Below are positions 42,339 to 52,615 of a stretch of DNA of 64,000 nucleotides, one piece after another (position 1 is the first letter of the stretch; each line of letters starts with the position of its first letter). Source of the stretch: an uncultured Methanoregulaceae archaeon (GTDB lineage: Archaea; Halobacteriota; Methanomicrobia; Methanomicrobiales; Methanospirillaceae); the NCBI GenBank assembly GCA_963737635.1, contig CAVTTL010000001.1, positions 1,152,001 through 1,216,000 on the forward strand, read 5' to 3'. Made by a program: the position numbers and the translations under genes. The notes beneath the pieces were generated by a model, which did not search any database, was not told where the DNA came from, and saw nothing but the letters and a program-made list of their open reading frames with translations.

Positions 42339-42836
42339 ATGGCAGAAGAAAAGTACAAGATCGTCGTTTTTGGCGCGTTCGGGGCCGGCAAGTCAACATT
42401 GATCCAGACACTTGACCCGCAGGCAAAACATATCGAGGCCGAGTGTGCCGGGGGTACCACTACCATCGCGCTCGATTACGGCCGGGTCCAGATAGGTGAA
42501 AAACGGGTTTACCTATACGGGACCCCGGGACAGGAACGATTTGAGTTTGCCCGGGATATCATCGGTAAGGGCATGGACGGCGCGATCCTGCTCGTGGACG
42601 CGACCTCTCCGGTGGACGAGTTCGTAGAGCACCTCTTCACTTCGATTACGGTTGCCTGCATCCCTTTTATGATCCTGATGAACAAGTGCGATGAAGTAGG
42701 TGCACGGCCGGATGAGGTGAAGACGCATTTCACCGGTACGGTGGCATCTCTCATATCGGCGAAGGACAGGCGCGGGACACGGGACATGCTCGAACGATTC
42801 ATCGGAACGCTCCGGCCGCACTCCGGGGAAAAATAG
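42339..42836 (+). CDS. Small GTPase, MglA-like
   Basis: GAFGAGKST, TTIALDYG, GTPGQERF, NKCD. Confidence 0.9.
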   Translation: MAEEKYKIVVFGAFGAGKSTLIQTLDPQAKHIEAECAGGTTTIALDYGRVQIGEKRVYLYGTPGQERFEFARDIIGKGMDGAILLVDATSPVDEFVEHLFTSITVACIPFMILMNKCDEVGARPDEVKTHFTGTVASLISAKDRRGTRDMLERFIGTLRPHSGEK

Positions 42837-42860
42837 ACTTGATGGAGGGCTGGAGGAGCT

Positions 42861-43766
42861 TCAGCGGTGGCTCTTCCTGCCCGGCCAGTTCTGGCCACTT
42901 TTAGGCTGCAGGGGCACAAACTTTGAGCCTTGCATCCGGATCCCGGTGACGATCGCGTGCCCGGCCGCATGCGCCTCATCTGTAGTCACCGCGACTACGT
43001 CCACCGCGTCCGCAAGTGGCCCGGCCCGCACCTTAGGCGCAAGGATCTCCTGTACCTGGAAGATCCCGGCAGGACTCGACATATGAATCACAAGGCCGAT
43101 AGGTTTTTCGTCCCCTTTCCGGATCTCCACTTTTTCGATGGACAGCGCCGAGACTGAATGGATCGTGATGCTCCCGGATGCAAATGCGACCCGGCCCCTG
43201 CCCTTGGTCATGTCGGTCGAATCGGCGATGCAGACAAGTGCCGCTTCGATGGTGAGCGGCCGCGGTGTCCCGTGGTGGGAGTACATTGCGGAGAGGATGA
43301 ACGACCGGATCGCTATTCGCTGTCCGGGATCGTCATAGATTTCAGGCAGGAGCCGGTCGAGGATTGGGAGCGCCACCACGACGCTCAGGTTTGCATGCTC
43401 CTCCCGGTGCACCGTGTTTCCGAGGTCATGGCAGAGCATGGCAGTCATGACCACGAGGGCAGCGTCGTCCAGGTCGCCAAACCCTCCGGCAACGATATCG
43501 GGACAGAACGGTGAACCCTCCAGCAGGTCGAGCATGGTAAGGGCTGACGCAGTGGCTACCGTGGCATGGGTCCGGCCATGATCGTTCATCCCCAGTTTTG
43601 TCGCAGCTACGTAGTTCGCCATGCGCCAGCATGCCTGAACTTCAAGAGAGCCAGTGAGGAGTTTCCACATCTTTCTGGCCCGGGGCCGGCAGGCAAGGTA
43701 GTGTTCTATAAGGGCAACGGCGTGGGTTTCGAGGTCAGTGTCCAACTCAGGTTTACGTTTTTTCAT
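42861..43766 (-). CDS. HD-domain phosphohydrolase (COG3294-like)
   Basis: LGMNDHG..H, CHDLGN.VHR..H, ADSTDMTKGR, IHSVSA. Confidence 0.88.
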   Translation of the reverse strand: MKKRKPELDTDLETHAVALIEHYLACRPRARKMWKLLTGSLEVQACWRMANYVAATKLGMNDHGRTHATVATASALTMLDLLEGSPFCPDIVAGGFGDLDDAALVVMTAMLCHDLGNTVHREEHANLSVVVALPILDRLLPEIYDDPGQRIAIRSFILSAMYSHHGTPRPLTIEAALVCIADSTDMTKGRGRVAFASGSITIHSVSALSIEKVEIRKGDEKPIGLVIHMSSPAGIFQVQEILAPKVRAGPLADAVDVVAVTTDEAHAAGHAIVTGIRMQGSKFVPLQPKSGQNWPGRKSHR

Positions 43767-43920
43767 GGGTGGCTCCTGTACAGTATATCTTTCCTGCTCA
43801 GAAGAAAGGTGTTCCTTTGGAGGAAAACGATGTGTAGAGGACCGCCTGCCTTTAACATATATAATCCGGCGAGGCACAGCTCTACTAAGGAACCCGGGCA
43901 TCCTGCACAGCTGCCCGGAT

Positions 43921-44418
43921 ATGCGTGATACTATGCCGGTCTGGTTTCAGAAAGTTGCCCTTGCATTCACTATCGGTGTGCTCGTCCTGGTAATCGCCCT
44001 CCCGGTCTTCCATATAGTAGGGAATCCTTCGAAACAGGACACCGTTGCACAGATGTATGTGTCCATGTTCCCGCAAGTCGGTGAGAACAATGCTGAAGCG
44101 CTGCTGGATTCCTTCATTACTGCACCTGACGGCAGCCTGACCCTGCTTCCGGCAAAGGATATCAGCGTCCGGGGATACCTCATCGGCACCACGGTCAGGA
44201 TAATCTATCTGGGAGGACGGGACGATGCTCTCCTCTCTTCGATTGGCATCTTCATTCACAGATCCGGGGGACAGGTTCTTGAGCAGATGCACCCAAAACC
44301 CGAACTCGACGAGCAGTATACGTTCACGAATCTGGGGAACCCGGGTCCTGATGAGATCCTTGTCCTTGGAATCTTCACGGACCAGTCCCAGCAGGTCCTC
44401 CTGACGACTTCTGTATAA
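43921..44418 (+). CDS. Membrane-anchored pilin-like hypothetical protein
   Basis: Single N-terminal TM helix; C-terminal VLGIFTDQSQQVLLTTSV resembles Methanomicrobiales pilin-like proteins. Confidence 0.55.
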   Translation: MRDTMPVWFQKVALAFTIGVLVLVIALPVFHIVGNPSKQDTVAQMYVSMFPQVGENNAEALLDSFITAPDGSLTLLPAKDISVRGYLIGTTVRIIYLGGRDDALLSSIGIFIHRSGGQVLEQMHPKPELDEQYTFTNLGNPGPDEILVLGIFTDQSQQVLLTTSV

Positions 44419-44599
44419 CGGAACCAAGAAAATCTTTCGAAGGGGATATTATACCGGTCCTATGTTCTAAAACAATCAAAATCAGTAGTATATTCCAGCT
44501 TGAGTGGATGAGGTTTGAGTGCGTCTCCATCAGTTGGAGGATTATTGTACATCGAAATACTATTTTATCAATCACTGTGCCGGACTACCCAAGGAACGG

Positions 44600-45004
44600 T
44601 CACCCAAACATGAGTCCGCCAGACTCTTCCAGGTACACTTCGATATCTTTTTTGATGAACCTGTCATGGATACGGTTCGGGAACTCCTCCATCAGACGGT
44701 TGATGAGATCTATCGGATCGATTTTCAGGTCCATACCGGTTTTTTTGGCTTCCTCAACAATGAAAGGGCTTGAATTGAAGAGGTCGGACCCCGCGTTCAG
44801 AATGCAAAGGAAGCGTGCATTCAACGTGTAGAAAACCTCCAGGGTCTGTTTCGCACGCCGTACATTCTTCTCGGCCGATTTTTCTATACCACAGATGTTT
44901 GTTTTTGATGTATGGAAGATATCCGCTATCTGCTGCCGGGTCATCCCTTTCTTCCGGTATCTCATTACGTCTAATTGCCGGCGTGTAAGCAGGCTCTCTC
45001 CCAT
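44600..45004 (-). CDS. tfx: Tfx family DNA-binding protein
   Basis: LLTRRQ..V.RYR.KGMT.QQIA....TSK.NI..IEKSA..N.RRAK.TL. Confidence 0.88.
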   Translation of the reverse strand: MGESLLTRRQLDVMRYRKKGMTRQQIADIFHTSKTNICGIEKSAEKNVRRAKQTLEVFYTLNARFLCILNAGSDLFNSSPFIVEEAKKTGMDLKIDPIDLINRLMEEFPNRIHDRFIKKDIEVYLEESGGLMFG

Positions 45005-45485
45005 TCATTTTCACCCGAATATAAATTGATTATGTCGATAATATATTGAATATGTGTTTTACTCACACGCCAGCGAAGGAAGTCGGTGACAATAGTCGGC
45101 ACCATTAAGTACCTTAGATCGAAGAATTCATTTCCATGGGGGATGCAGTGATGGCGAAGGCAGTAGTTACCATATCCCTCAGGGAGCGTTAAGAACATCA
45201 GAATTGTGCCGGCCCTTTTTTCCGATCCTTTTAAAATCATTCAGTGTTAATAATATTTATTAATAGAAAATATTTACCATCCACATAGCGCCGTATCTGG
45301 CCTTTTAGGTCGTCGGTACCGTCTATTTTGGTTAGGTTTTCTACAGAGCAATTCTTTTTTTAATCCGGCTTTGCCGACTTCTCGCAGAAATATCCTCAAT
45401 GAAAGCCGGTGCCGGAATACACCCTGAATTACCGGATTTATCTATCCCTCCCATATTGCTCATATACATGAAATGCTAATATTCC

Positions 45486-45788
45486 ATGACGAATATGAGA
45501 GATACTTCCGAGGTACTGGAACAACTGCGGGTCATGAGACACGAGTTAAAGGAGCAGTATCACGTAAGGAACATCGGTATCTTCGGATCGTACTCCCGGA
45601 AACTCCAGACCGAACAAAGTGATCTCGATCTCGTGGTTGAATTTGACCAACCGATAGGCATGATGGCATTCGTGCATTTAAAAAACCTGATCTCCGGCCG
45701 TCTTAATATCCCGGTCGATCTCGTGACTCCCGAGGGTCTCCATCCCCTGATCCGCGATCAGGTCATGCACGAGGTCGTGTATGTCTGA
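45486..45788 (+). CDS. MNT minimal nucleotidyltransferase antitoxin
   Basis: IGIFGSYSR..Q...SDLDLVVEF, VDLVT. Confidence 0.92.
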   Translation: MTNMRDTSEVLEQLRVMRHELKEQYHVRNIGIFGSYSRKLQTEQSDLDLVVEFDQPIGMMAFVHLKNLISGRLNIPVDLVTPEGLHPLIRDQVMHEVVYV

Positions 45789-46127
45789 AAAGCGATCCTC
45801 CAGTCTCCTTTTATTTGATATTTACCAGTCCGTGGAAAAAATCGAAGTATTCACTCGGGATAGTTCTTTTGATCAGCTGATGACTGATGAACGGACAAAG
45901 GATGCTATTCTTCGCAATCTTCAGGTAATCGGGGAAGCATCCAAGAACCTTCCAGAATCCCTCATGACTGATCACCCGGAAGTGGACTGGAGCGGTCTTG
46001 CCGGGTCCGGGATATTGTCACACACCGGTATTTCCGTGTTGACTGGAATCTGCTTTGGATAAGTATTCGTGAAGAATTACCCGTTCTGAAAACCCAGATC
46101 CGGAACCTTATGAAAGAAGACGGGTGA
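45781..46127 (+). CDS. HEPN (DUF86) RNase toxin (frameshift near 46005)
   Basis: DAILRNLQVIGEA, PEVDW; shifted frame gives RDIVTHRY (Rx4HxY) ending at TGA 46127. Confidence 0.88.
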
Positions 46128-46446
46128 TAAATTACGGGCTCGCACATTGTGCCGGTGATGCACTCCCGACTCTGCCAGCGTGGAGTTTGATGGCGGCCCG
46201 GTATCTTTTACCGCTTGAAGAAACAGGTGTGCCTGAATCCCGGAAATCGGGCGTGAGATAGTGTTCATTCATCCCGCCCTCTTGGAATTGCTTTACGGAC
46301 CGTGAGGATATGCCGGAGATCCTGCTTTTTTCCGGCACGATTTGGGACGTGTCGAGGCGGTCGACAGGTTTTTGAATTGTGTATTGATTTCGGGTTTTCC
46401 GAATCCCCGGTGGATGTATCCACGGTTCAAAAATTGAGAAAATGGC

Positions 46447-46920
46447 CTACTCTACGGTCGCCCGGAGGATGGTCATTTTTTCTTTCGGCCGGTCGTCGGG
46501 GTCAATCGTGGTTGTGCCGATCCGGTCGACTACGTCCATGCCTTCCACCACTTTTGCGAAGACCGGGTGCTTTGCGTCAAGGAAGTTGTTGTTGACGAGG
46601 TTGATAAAGAACTGTGAGCCTCCGGTATTGGGGCCTGCGTTTGCCATCGAAAGGGTACCCCGGTCGTTCCGGTTGTGACCGGAAAACTCATCCCGGATCA
46701 TGTAGCCGGGCCCGCCCCTGCCGGTACCGGTGGGGTCACCTCCCTGGATCATAAACTCCGGGATCACGCGGTGGAAAATAACGCCATTATAGAAGCCTTT
46801 CTTTACGAGCGTTTCAAAATTTCCGGCAGTGACAGGCATATCCGGATCGAGTGCAACCGTAATAGTGCCCATGTTCGTTTCAAGCCGTACCCGTTTACCG
46901 GGTTCCTGTTCTGGTGTCAT
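46447..46920 (-). CDS. Cyclophilin-type peptidyl-prolyl isomerase, cytoplasmic
   Basis: [30 protein letters not shown]. Confidence 0.96.
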   Translation of the reverse strand: MTPEQEPGKRVRLETNMGTITVALDPDMPVTAGNFETLVKKGFYNGVIFHRVIPEFMIQGGDPTGTGRGGPGYMIRDEFSGHNRNDRGTLSMANAGPNTGGSQFFINLVNNNFLDAKHPVFAKVVEGMDVVDRIGTTTIDPDDRPKEKMTILRATVE

Positions 46921-46991
46921 GATTGCAAGAAAAGTATAGCTTGTTGGAGGTATTCTTTTTTGTGCGGTGCAGGAGCTGGTCGCCTCGGACC

Positions 46992-47609
46992 TCAGACCAT
47001 CTCCGCATGAAGAATCGTCACGTTGGTGAGCGGCCGGTTATTTGTATCGGTGGGCACTTGTGCGATGGCATTAACTACGTCCATGCCGGAGGTGACCGTC
47101 CCAAAGACCGGGAAGTTTGGATCGAGGTACGTGTTGTCAACGAGATTGATAAAAAACTGCGAGCCTCCGGTATTGGGGCCTGCGTTTGCCATCGCCACCG
47201 TACCCCGGGCATTGTGGTTGTGGCTGGTAAATTCGTCCGGAATGGCATAGCCGGGTCCGCCTTTGCCGGTACCGGTGGGGTCGCCACCTTGGATCATGAA
47301 TCCGGGGATCACGCGGTGGAAGATAACTCCGTCATAGAATCCGCTTTTTACGAGTTTTTCAAAATTGCCGCTGGTGATCGGCATGTCAGAGTTGAGCGCG
47401 ATGGTGATGTTTCCCATCGTTGTCTCGAGCAGGACGTGATCCTGTGCAGTCGATACACTTGCGCCTGAGCCTGTAGGAGACGCGGTGATTCCCGTTGACG
47501 TGGCGGCCGGGCTCTGGGTTGCGGTTCCTGCAGGCTGCGTGCACCCACAAACAAGGAGAAGGACACACACGAGAAGGAAAAGGGAGAGGGACGTTCGTGA
47601 TAAAATCAT
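46992..47609 (-). CDS. Cyclophilin-type peptidyl-prolyl isomerase, lipoprotein
   Basis: Lipobox VCGC, S/T linker, same catalytic motifs. Confidence 0.94.
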   Translation of the reverse strand: MILSRTSLSLFLLVCVLLLVCGCTQPAGTATQSPAATSTGITASPTGSGASVSTAQDHVLLETTMGNITIALNSDMPITSGNFEKLVKSGFYDGVIFHRVIPGFMIQGGDPTGTGKGGPGYAIPDEFTSHNHNARGTVAMANAGPNTGGSQFFINLVDNTYLDPNFPVFGTVTSGMDVVNAIAQVPTDTNNRPLTNVTILHAEMV

Positions 47610-47665
47610 GGAGTACCAGTTCTCTCCGGGACAAAAAAAAGTTTGTAAAAAAAAAAGAGATTTTT

Positions 47666-48340
47666 TCAGGATGCCTTTGGCGCATCGTCTCCGGTTTTCC
47701 GACTGAATACGTAGAGTGCAGAGAGTACGATGACGATGGAGACAATACCGGTCGCGATGATCCATTCGCCTTGGGTCGTCGAAGCCACATAATTGTCCTC
47801 TGATACGTCAAGACCGAGGATGGCGTACGTGTTTCCAGCAGAATCATCGATAGGCGCGTAAGCGGACATGAACGATCCCCACGAATCAGTATAGGGTACG
47901 GGTGAGGTGGTCGGGCCGGAGAGCGCTTCAAAGATCTGCATTTTGTCCGGGGAGGTATCCGCTTCGCCGATCCGGGCGGAACCCGACGGGTCCAGCGGAT
48001 AGAGGTCATCAACTAAAAACGAGGCAGACATATCCGTGGTGTTCACTTCGATGATATAAGCGTTGAGAAGATTGTCGTTCATGCTGCGCATCGAACGCAG
48101 CTTTGCTGCAACTGCAAGGTACTGGGTCGTGTTTTCGTCGCCCGTTTTGAGACCGGTAAGCTCGCTTGCGCTGATCTGCGTGGCCATGACGCCGGCTGTG
48201 GACTTGAGTCCCGATTGTACGGCGTTCCTGAGCGCTGCATTCGAATTCTCGTACGCAAACGCGGTCAGCACCGAAATAATAACCACGGCAATGATTGCAG
48301 TGGCCACCAGTTTTGTCGAACGTGAACAGGTTTGGGCCAT
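47666..48340 (-). CDS. Two-TM protein with an extracellular Cache/PDC-like domain and no output domain
   Basis: TM, YTDSWGSFMSAYAPI.D..G....ILGLDV, TM, short tail. Confidence 0.75.
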   Translation of the reverse strand: MAQTCSRSTKLVATAIIAVVIISVLTAFAYENSNAALRNAVQSGLKSTAGVMATQISASELTGLKTGDENTTQYLAVAAKLRSMRSMNDNLLNAYIIEVNTTDMSASFLVDDLYPLDPSGSARIGEADTSPDKMQIFEALSGPTTSPVPYTDSWGSFMSAYAPIDDSAGNTYAILGLDVSEDNYVASTTQGEWIIATGIVSIVIVLSALYVFSRKTGDDAPKAS

Positions 48341-48341
48341 A

Positions 48342-49799
48342 TCAGCATCGCCTCCTCAGGCACCCAGCCATCCCGAATGCTGCTACAAGCACGCAGAGTA
48401 CCGCTGCAGGACCCGGTGCCGGGGTCTGGGTCGCAGTGGGGGTTGGGGCAGCAGCAAGTGCGAGAGCGAGCGGTGAAATCTGCCCTGAAATTACGGTTGT
48501 CGTTGTCGTGTAGTCCACGTAGCCTGGTGCCGATACCCGGACCAGGTGGTCTCCCGGCGAAAGGCCGGTCACGGTAAGCGGGGTGGAACCGCGGTACACG
48601 CCGTCGATGTACATAGCCGCATTTGTCGGGGATGATGCAACAGCCAGGCCCCCGGTGGCTGGAGCAATTGTCGGGGTTACGCCGATGGGTGTCAGGGAAG
48701 CGGAAACGGTATTTACGACGTTTGCCTGGATATAGACCGTATTGAGCCAGGCATTATACCCAGGTGCGGTCACCCTTAAAAGATGGTTACCCGTGGTGAC
48801 ACCATTGAGCGAGAGAGTCCCGGCAGAATTGACCACACCCGCCACATTACTGTCGAGATACACGGTTGCTCCCGGGACTGACGTAATAACGACCGTTCCT
48901 AATATCGCTGTCGACATCGTGATCGGCAGGTTCTGAGACTGGCCGCCAACTACCCAGATGTTTGTGGAATAATCGTTATACCTTGCGTATTTGAGTACGA
49001 TCTGGTGGCTGCCCGGGTACAGCGTCAGGGTCAGGGGCGTCGTCCCGTAGTACCCGCCGTCGGCATATGCGCCTGCCTGGTTCGGGTTCGAAGTCACGTA
49101 TACCAAGCCGGTCTGGCGCGGCTGGGGTGACTGCTGGAGCACCGGGTAATAGGGTGCCGTCTGCCCGGAGTACACGTAGACGACCGTGTTGTCAGGTGTA
49201 TAACCGGAAAGGGTGGCTTTCATGGAATAGGTGCCCTGCGCAAGACCCGGGATGGTCAGCGGCGAGTACCCGTAGAAGTTCCCGTTGAGGTAGATCGCTG
49301 CCCCGGCCGGGCTGGACTGGGCATAAATCGCGCCGTTTGTCACCGGCGGGATAGTGGTTGGGATCGTCATAATCGGGTTGATGGTTGTGTAGACTGCGAC
49401 ATGCTGGCCGGGCGAGGGCATGGAGGAAAGAGGGCCTGACCAGGTCGTGTAGCCCGGTTGGGAAACCGTTATCGTCCTGACAGGAGCGCCTGTGGAGTAT
49501 ACTGCCACCGACAGAATGCCCCCGGCTGTTGTACCTTGGGCAACTCCATCGAAATAGACCGTGGACCCATCGACATTACAGTACACATCGATCCATCCCT
49601 GGTCTCCTCCCATCGCGGTGGTCGGAATCGTGATGGTCTGCTCGGTCGTGGGGATCGTTGTCGGTTCAGTGACGGTTGGCAAGAGGGTCTGATCCGTGGT
49701 GGTTTGCGTATCGGTTGTGCCGGCGCCGGCAGCGAGCGGGGCAAGGATACCTATGCAGAAGACGAGGATCAGTACAAGTACAAGCAGTTTCTTTATCAT
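48342..49799 (-). CDS. PEGA-repeat cell-surface protein with a C-terminal sorting-type anchor
   Basis: Signal peptide; repeated S.P.GA..Y.DG.Y.G.TPL units; T-rich linker, TM, RRR. Confidence 0.9.
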   Translation of the reverse strand: MIKKLLVLVLILVFCIGILAPLAAGAGTTDTQTTTDQTLLPTVTEPTTIPTTEQTITIPTTAMGGDQGWIDVYCNVDGSTVYFDGVAQGTTAGGILSVAVYSTGAPVRTITVSQPGYTTWSGPLSSMPSPGQHVAVYTTINPIMTIPTTIPPVTNGAIYAQSSPAGAAIYLNGNFYGYSPLTIPGLAQGTYSMKATLSGYTPDNTVVYVYSGQTAPYYPVLQQSPQPRQTGLVYVTSNPNQAGAYADGGYYGTTPLTLTLYPGSHQIVLKYARYNDYSTNIWVVGGQSQNLPITMSTAILGTVVITSVPGATVYLDSNVAGVVNSAGTLSLNGVTTGNHLLRVTAPGYNAWLNTVYIQANVVNTVSASLTPIGVTPTIAPATGGLAVASSPTNAAMYIDGVYRGSTPLTVTGLSPGDHLVRVSAPGYVDYTTTTTVISGQISPLALALAAAPTPTATQTPAPGPAAVLCVLVAAFGMAGCLRRRC

Positions 49800-49894
49800 C
49801 GTATCTCATCCTGTGGTACAGTTCTGGAAGATACTCCTATATAAAAAGAGGATGTATATGTCACGCCAGAAAAAACCCGGCAACACCCTTCTCC

Positions 49895-51088
49895 CTATCG
49901 GTTGGTTTTCTCCGGGGATAATCTGTCAATAACCGTCGCGAGCCGGTGCATGCCTTCCGCGATCTTCTCCTCATTGGCATTCGAGAAGTTGAGCCGGATG
50001 ATATCGGTACCGCCGCCATCGACAAAGAACGGCATCCCGGGCAGCACTGCAACGTTCTGCCGGATTCCTTCTTCAAAGACTCTCATTGCGTCCATGTCGG
50101 GAGGCAGCGTCGCGGTAAGGAACATCCCCCCATCGGGAGTCGTGTGGGAGAGGGCCGGCATCAGATCGTCGAAGAGATCGCACATCAGCCGGCATTGCCG
50201 GCTGTAGACTGCAATGATTTTCCGGATATGGCTGTCGAGATCGTTTGTAGTGAGGTACCGATGCAGGATCTGTTGGCAGAGGAAGTTTGAATGAAGGTCT
50301 GCGGCCTGCTTTGCGGTATTGAACGCTGCGAGGATCTCACCGGGAGCATATAGCCATCCGATCCGCATGCCTGGCGCAGTTATCTTGGAAAACGATCCTG
50401 AGATCACGGCATTTTCGGGGAGGAGGCGTTTTACCGGCGGCCGTGGTTTCCCATCAAAGAAGAGTTCCCCAAATGCATCGTCCTCATAAAAAACGGTGCC
50501 TGTACCGTCAATAATTTCGGCGATCTCCTTGCGCCTTTCCCGCGAGTACGTACGACCTGAAGGGTTCTGGGAGTTGGGAATGCCGTAGAAAAATTTCACC
50601 GGAGCGTCTTTCATCATTTTCCTGAAGACAACCGGATCCGGGCCCTCGCGGTCGAGCGGCACGGTGGTAAATTCCGGCTCGTAGAGCGAAAATGCTTCGA
50701 TCGCCCCAAGGTACCCCGGTCGCTCCATGCCCACCCGATCGCCGGGATCAAGAAAGATCTTTGCGAAGAGATCGAGGCACTGCTGGGAGCCGTTGGTGAT
50801 CTGGATCTCGTCGGCAGTGGCCGGAATGCCAAGACGCTGGCGGTAACGGTCCGCGATATACTCCCGCAGCGGCCGGTAGCCATCGGTCGTCGAGTACTGC
50901 AGGGCAGTCCTGGGATCGGTACTGAAGACGTCCCGGGCTGCGGCTGACAGCCCTTCTGTATCGATTAGTTCGGATGACGGCAGCCCACCGGCAAACGAAA
51001 TGATGGAGGGGTCGGACGAGACCTTGAAGAGCTCCCCGAGGAACGATGCCGGGGCATGCTGGATGCGTCGGGCAAAGGCAAACGTCAT
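49895..51088 (-). CDS. PLP-dependent aminotransferase (LysN/MocR-type class I)
   Basis: ISFAGGLP, ITNGSQQ, QNPSG, EDDAF, GSFSKITAPGMRIGW. Confidence 0.94.
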   Translation of the reverse strand: MTFAFARRIQHAPASFLGELFKVSSDPSIISFAGGLPSSELIDTEGLSAAARDVFSTDPRTALQYSTTDGYRPLREYIADRYRQRLGIPATADEIQITNGSQQCLDLFAKIFLDPGDRVGMERPGYLGAIEAFSLYEPEFTTVPLDREGPDPVVFRKMMKDAPVKFFYGIPNSQNPSGRTYSRERRKEIAEIIDGTGTVFYEDDAFGELFFDGKPRPPVKRLLPENAVISGSFSKITAPGMRIGWLYAPGEILAAFNTAKQAADLHSNFLCQQILHRYLTTNDLDSHIRKIIAVYSRQCRLMCDLFDDLMPALSHTTPDGGMFLTATLPPDMDAMRVFEEGIRQNVAVLPGMPFFVDGGGTDIIRLNFSNANEEKIAEGMHRLATVIDRLSPEKTNR

Positions 51089-51280
51089 GGTATTTACCTG
51101 AATAGGCGGACAGGTGGTACAAGTGTTGGCCGGTTCACGTACAAAAAGGCTATAGTTCCTGCTTTTATACCGGAAGGAGCCAGATGGGTGCCATATCTGT
51201 CACTGAGTATATTGTAGAAAATCCTGAAAAATAGGTATACATTTTTGCGGGAAGAAATCCCCGTTTGTGCGCACACGAAG

Positions 51281-51505
51281 TCACGCGGCGTCGGCTACGT
51301 CAATCCTGATGATATCGGATGAAAGTGACTGGATCGTGCGGTGCAGGTCAGCCTGCCAGGCCTGCTGCATCCGACCGATCGCCACTTTAAGCCGGGCGAG
51401 CGCTTCTCCTTTGTCCGCACCCTGGCAAATAGTCCCCGGGATCTCAACGCAGCGGGCGGTAAAACCACCTTCTTCGTTGGGCTCGAAGACGATTGTGTAT
51501 TGCAT
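51281..51505 (-). CDS. hicB: HicB family antitoxin
   Basis: YTIVFEP.EEGGF...C.EIPG...QG....EAL. Confidence 0.85.
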   Translation of the reverse strand: MQYTIVFEPNEEGGFTARCVEIPGTICQGADKGEALARLKVAIGRMQQAWQADLHRTIQSLSSDIIRIDVADAA

Positions 51506-51753
51506 GATCTCATATATTTTTTTGAGAGTATACAGTCTTTCCTGTCGGCAAAAGGTGCCTGAAAAGGGGTTTCCTTTTGGAGAGAGGTGGCCATGATCCC
51601 ATTGACCCGGTTTAGTTCTTCTAACCCCAAGGTTCAATGGCGTTACCCGGGCAATCTTGGAAATATATACCTGCGGGCAGGCAACATCACGAGCAGATGA
51701 GTCTTGCAGGGACTGCAGGGCCATCATAAGGAAACAATGCCAAGGTGAAAAAA

Positions 51754-52530
51754 ATGAATACCACAAAGACAATCCTCATCGGCAGCCTCTGTTTGATCTG
51801 CCTTGCTGCGGCGATCATGCCGGTTGCAGCCGATCCCGTAAGCGGGAATGCATGGAATACGAATCCGGAACATATCGCGGCGATGCAGGCCTATGTTGCT
51901 TATGCGGGAGCATTGGGACAGGCACAGATGGACGGGGCGATCGGATACTTCGGCACCATCGGCAACGGTGCCGGGACGAGTCAGCTTTCCTCGCTCGAAT
52001 CGCAGTTTACCAGCACAGTCTCGTCGGTACAGTCAATGACCGCTGGCGACCAGATTGCAGCTGCAGAAACACAGATGAGTTCGGATCATAAGCAGTTTAC
52101 GGCCGATGCAAAATCCTCGCTCAAGGAGTACAACGGTACTGGAAAAGCCCTTGAGGCAAGTATCAATGTCTCGGTCATGGCACAGTCCGCCACGATCCAG
52201 AGCCTGAAGAGCACGTGGTGGACGGACCGCCAGACCGCCCGGATGAATGAGTTTACCACAAACGACCAGCGCCGCAACGGCATTCTCTCGAATATGACGG
52301 CAAAGGGAATCGATGTCTCACAGGCCCAAGCGGTTGAAACCCAGATCCAACAGGAAGGAACCGTCCTTAATACGGCATTAACCAACCATGATGAGCAGGC
52401 AATCAAGGCCGCAAACCAGGATCTCGCAACGCTCAACCAACAGTTTGCCAGCATCGTGAAGATCTACCGGGCAGAGTACAGGCAGCACGCCACCCCGTCC
52501 ACAACAGTTACTCCGGCCGCCACCGCGTAA
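51754..52530 (+). CDS. Secreted alpha-helical hypothetical protein
   Basis: Signal peptide ending PVAA; A/Q/T-rich; several NxS/T sequons. Confidence 0.8.
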   Translation: MNTTKTILIGSLCLICLAAAIMPVAADPVSGNAWNTNPEHIAAMQAYVAYAGALGQAQMDGAIGYFGTIGNGAGTSQLSSLESQFTSTVSSVQSMTAGDQIAAAETQMSSDHKQFTADAKSSLKEYNGTGKALEASINVSVMAQSATIQSLKSTWWTDRQTARMNEFTTNDQRRNGILSNMTAKGIDVSQAQAVETQIQQEGTVLNTALTNHDEQAIKAANQDLATLNQQFASIVKIYRAEYRQHATPSTTVTPAATA

Positions 52531-52615
52531 GAGGCGTCCGGATCTTTTTTTAGAAAGATACCATAAATGGTTGAGATCTTGAATACGTTCTCCCTCATCC
52601 GTGATGCAATCGTTT

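Noticed and set aside
46132-46272. 46-codon minus-strand ORF with an RBS-like sequence
   Set aside because: No recognisable features and insufficient support without conservation data.
46810-46823. CGTTTCAAAATTTC resembling the island motif
   Set aside because: It lies inside the cyclophilin coding sequence and lacks the upstream repeat and the downstream BRE/TATA box.
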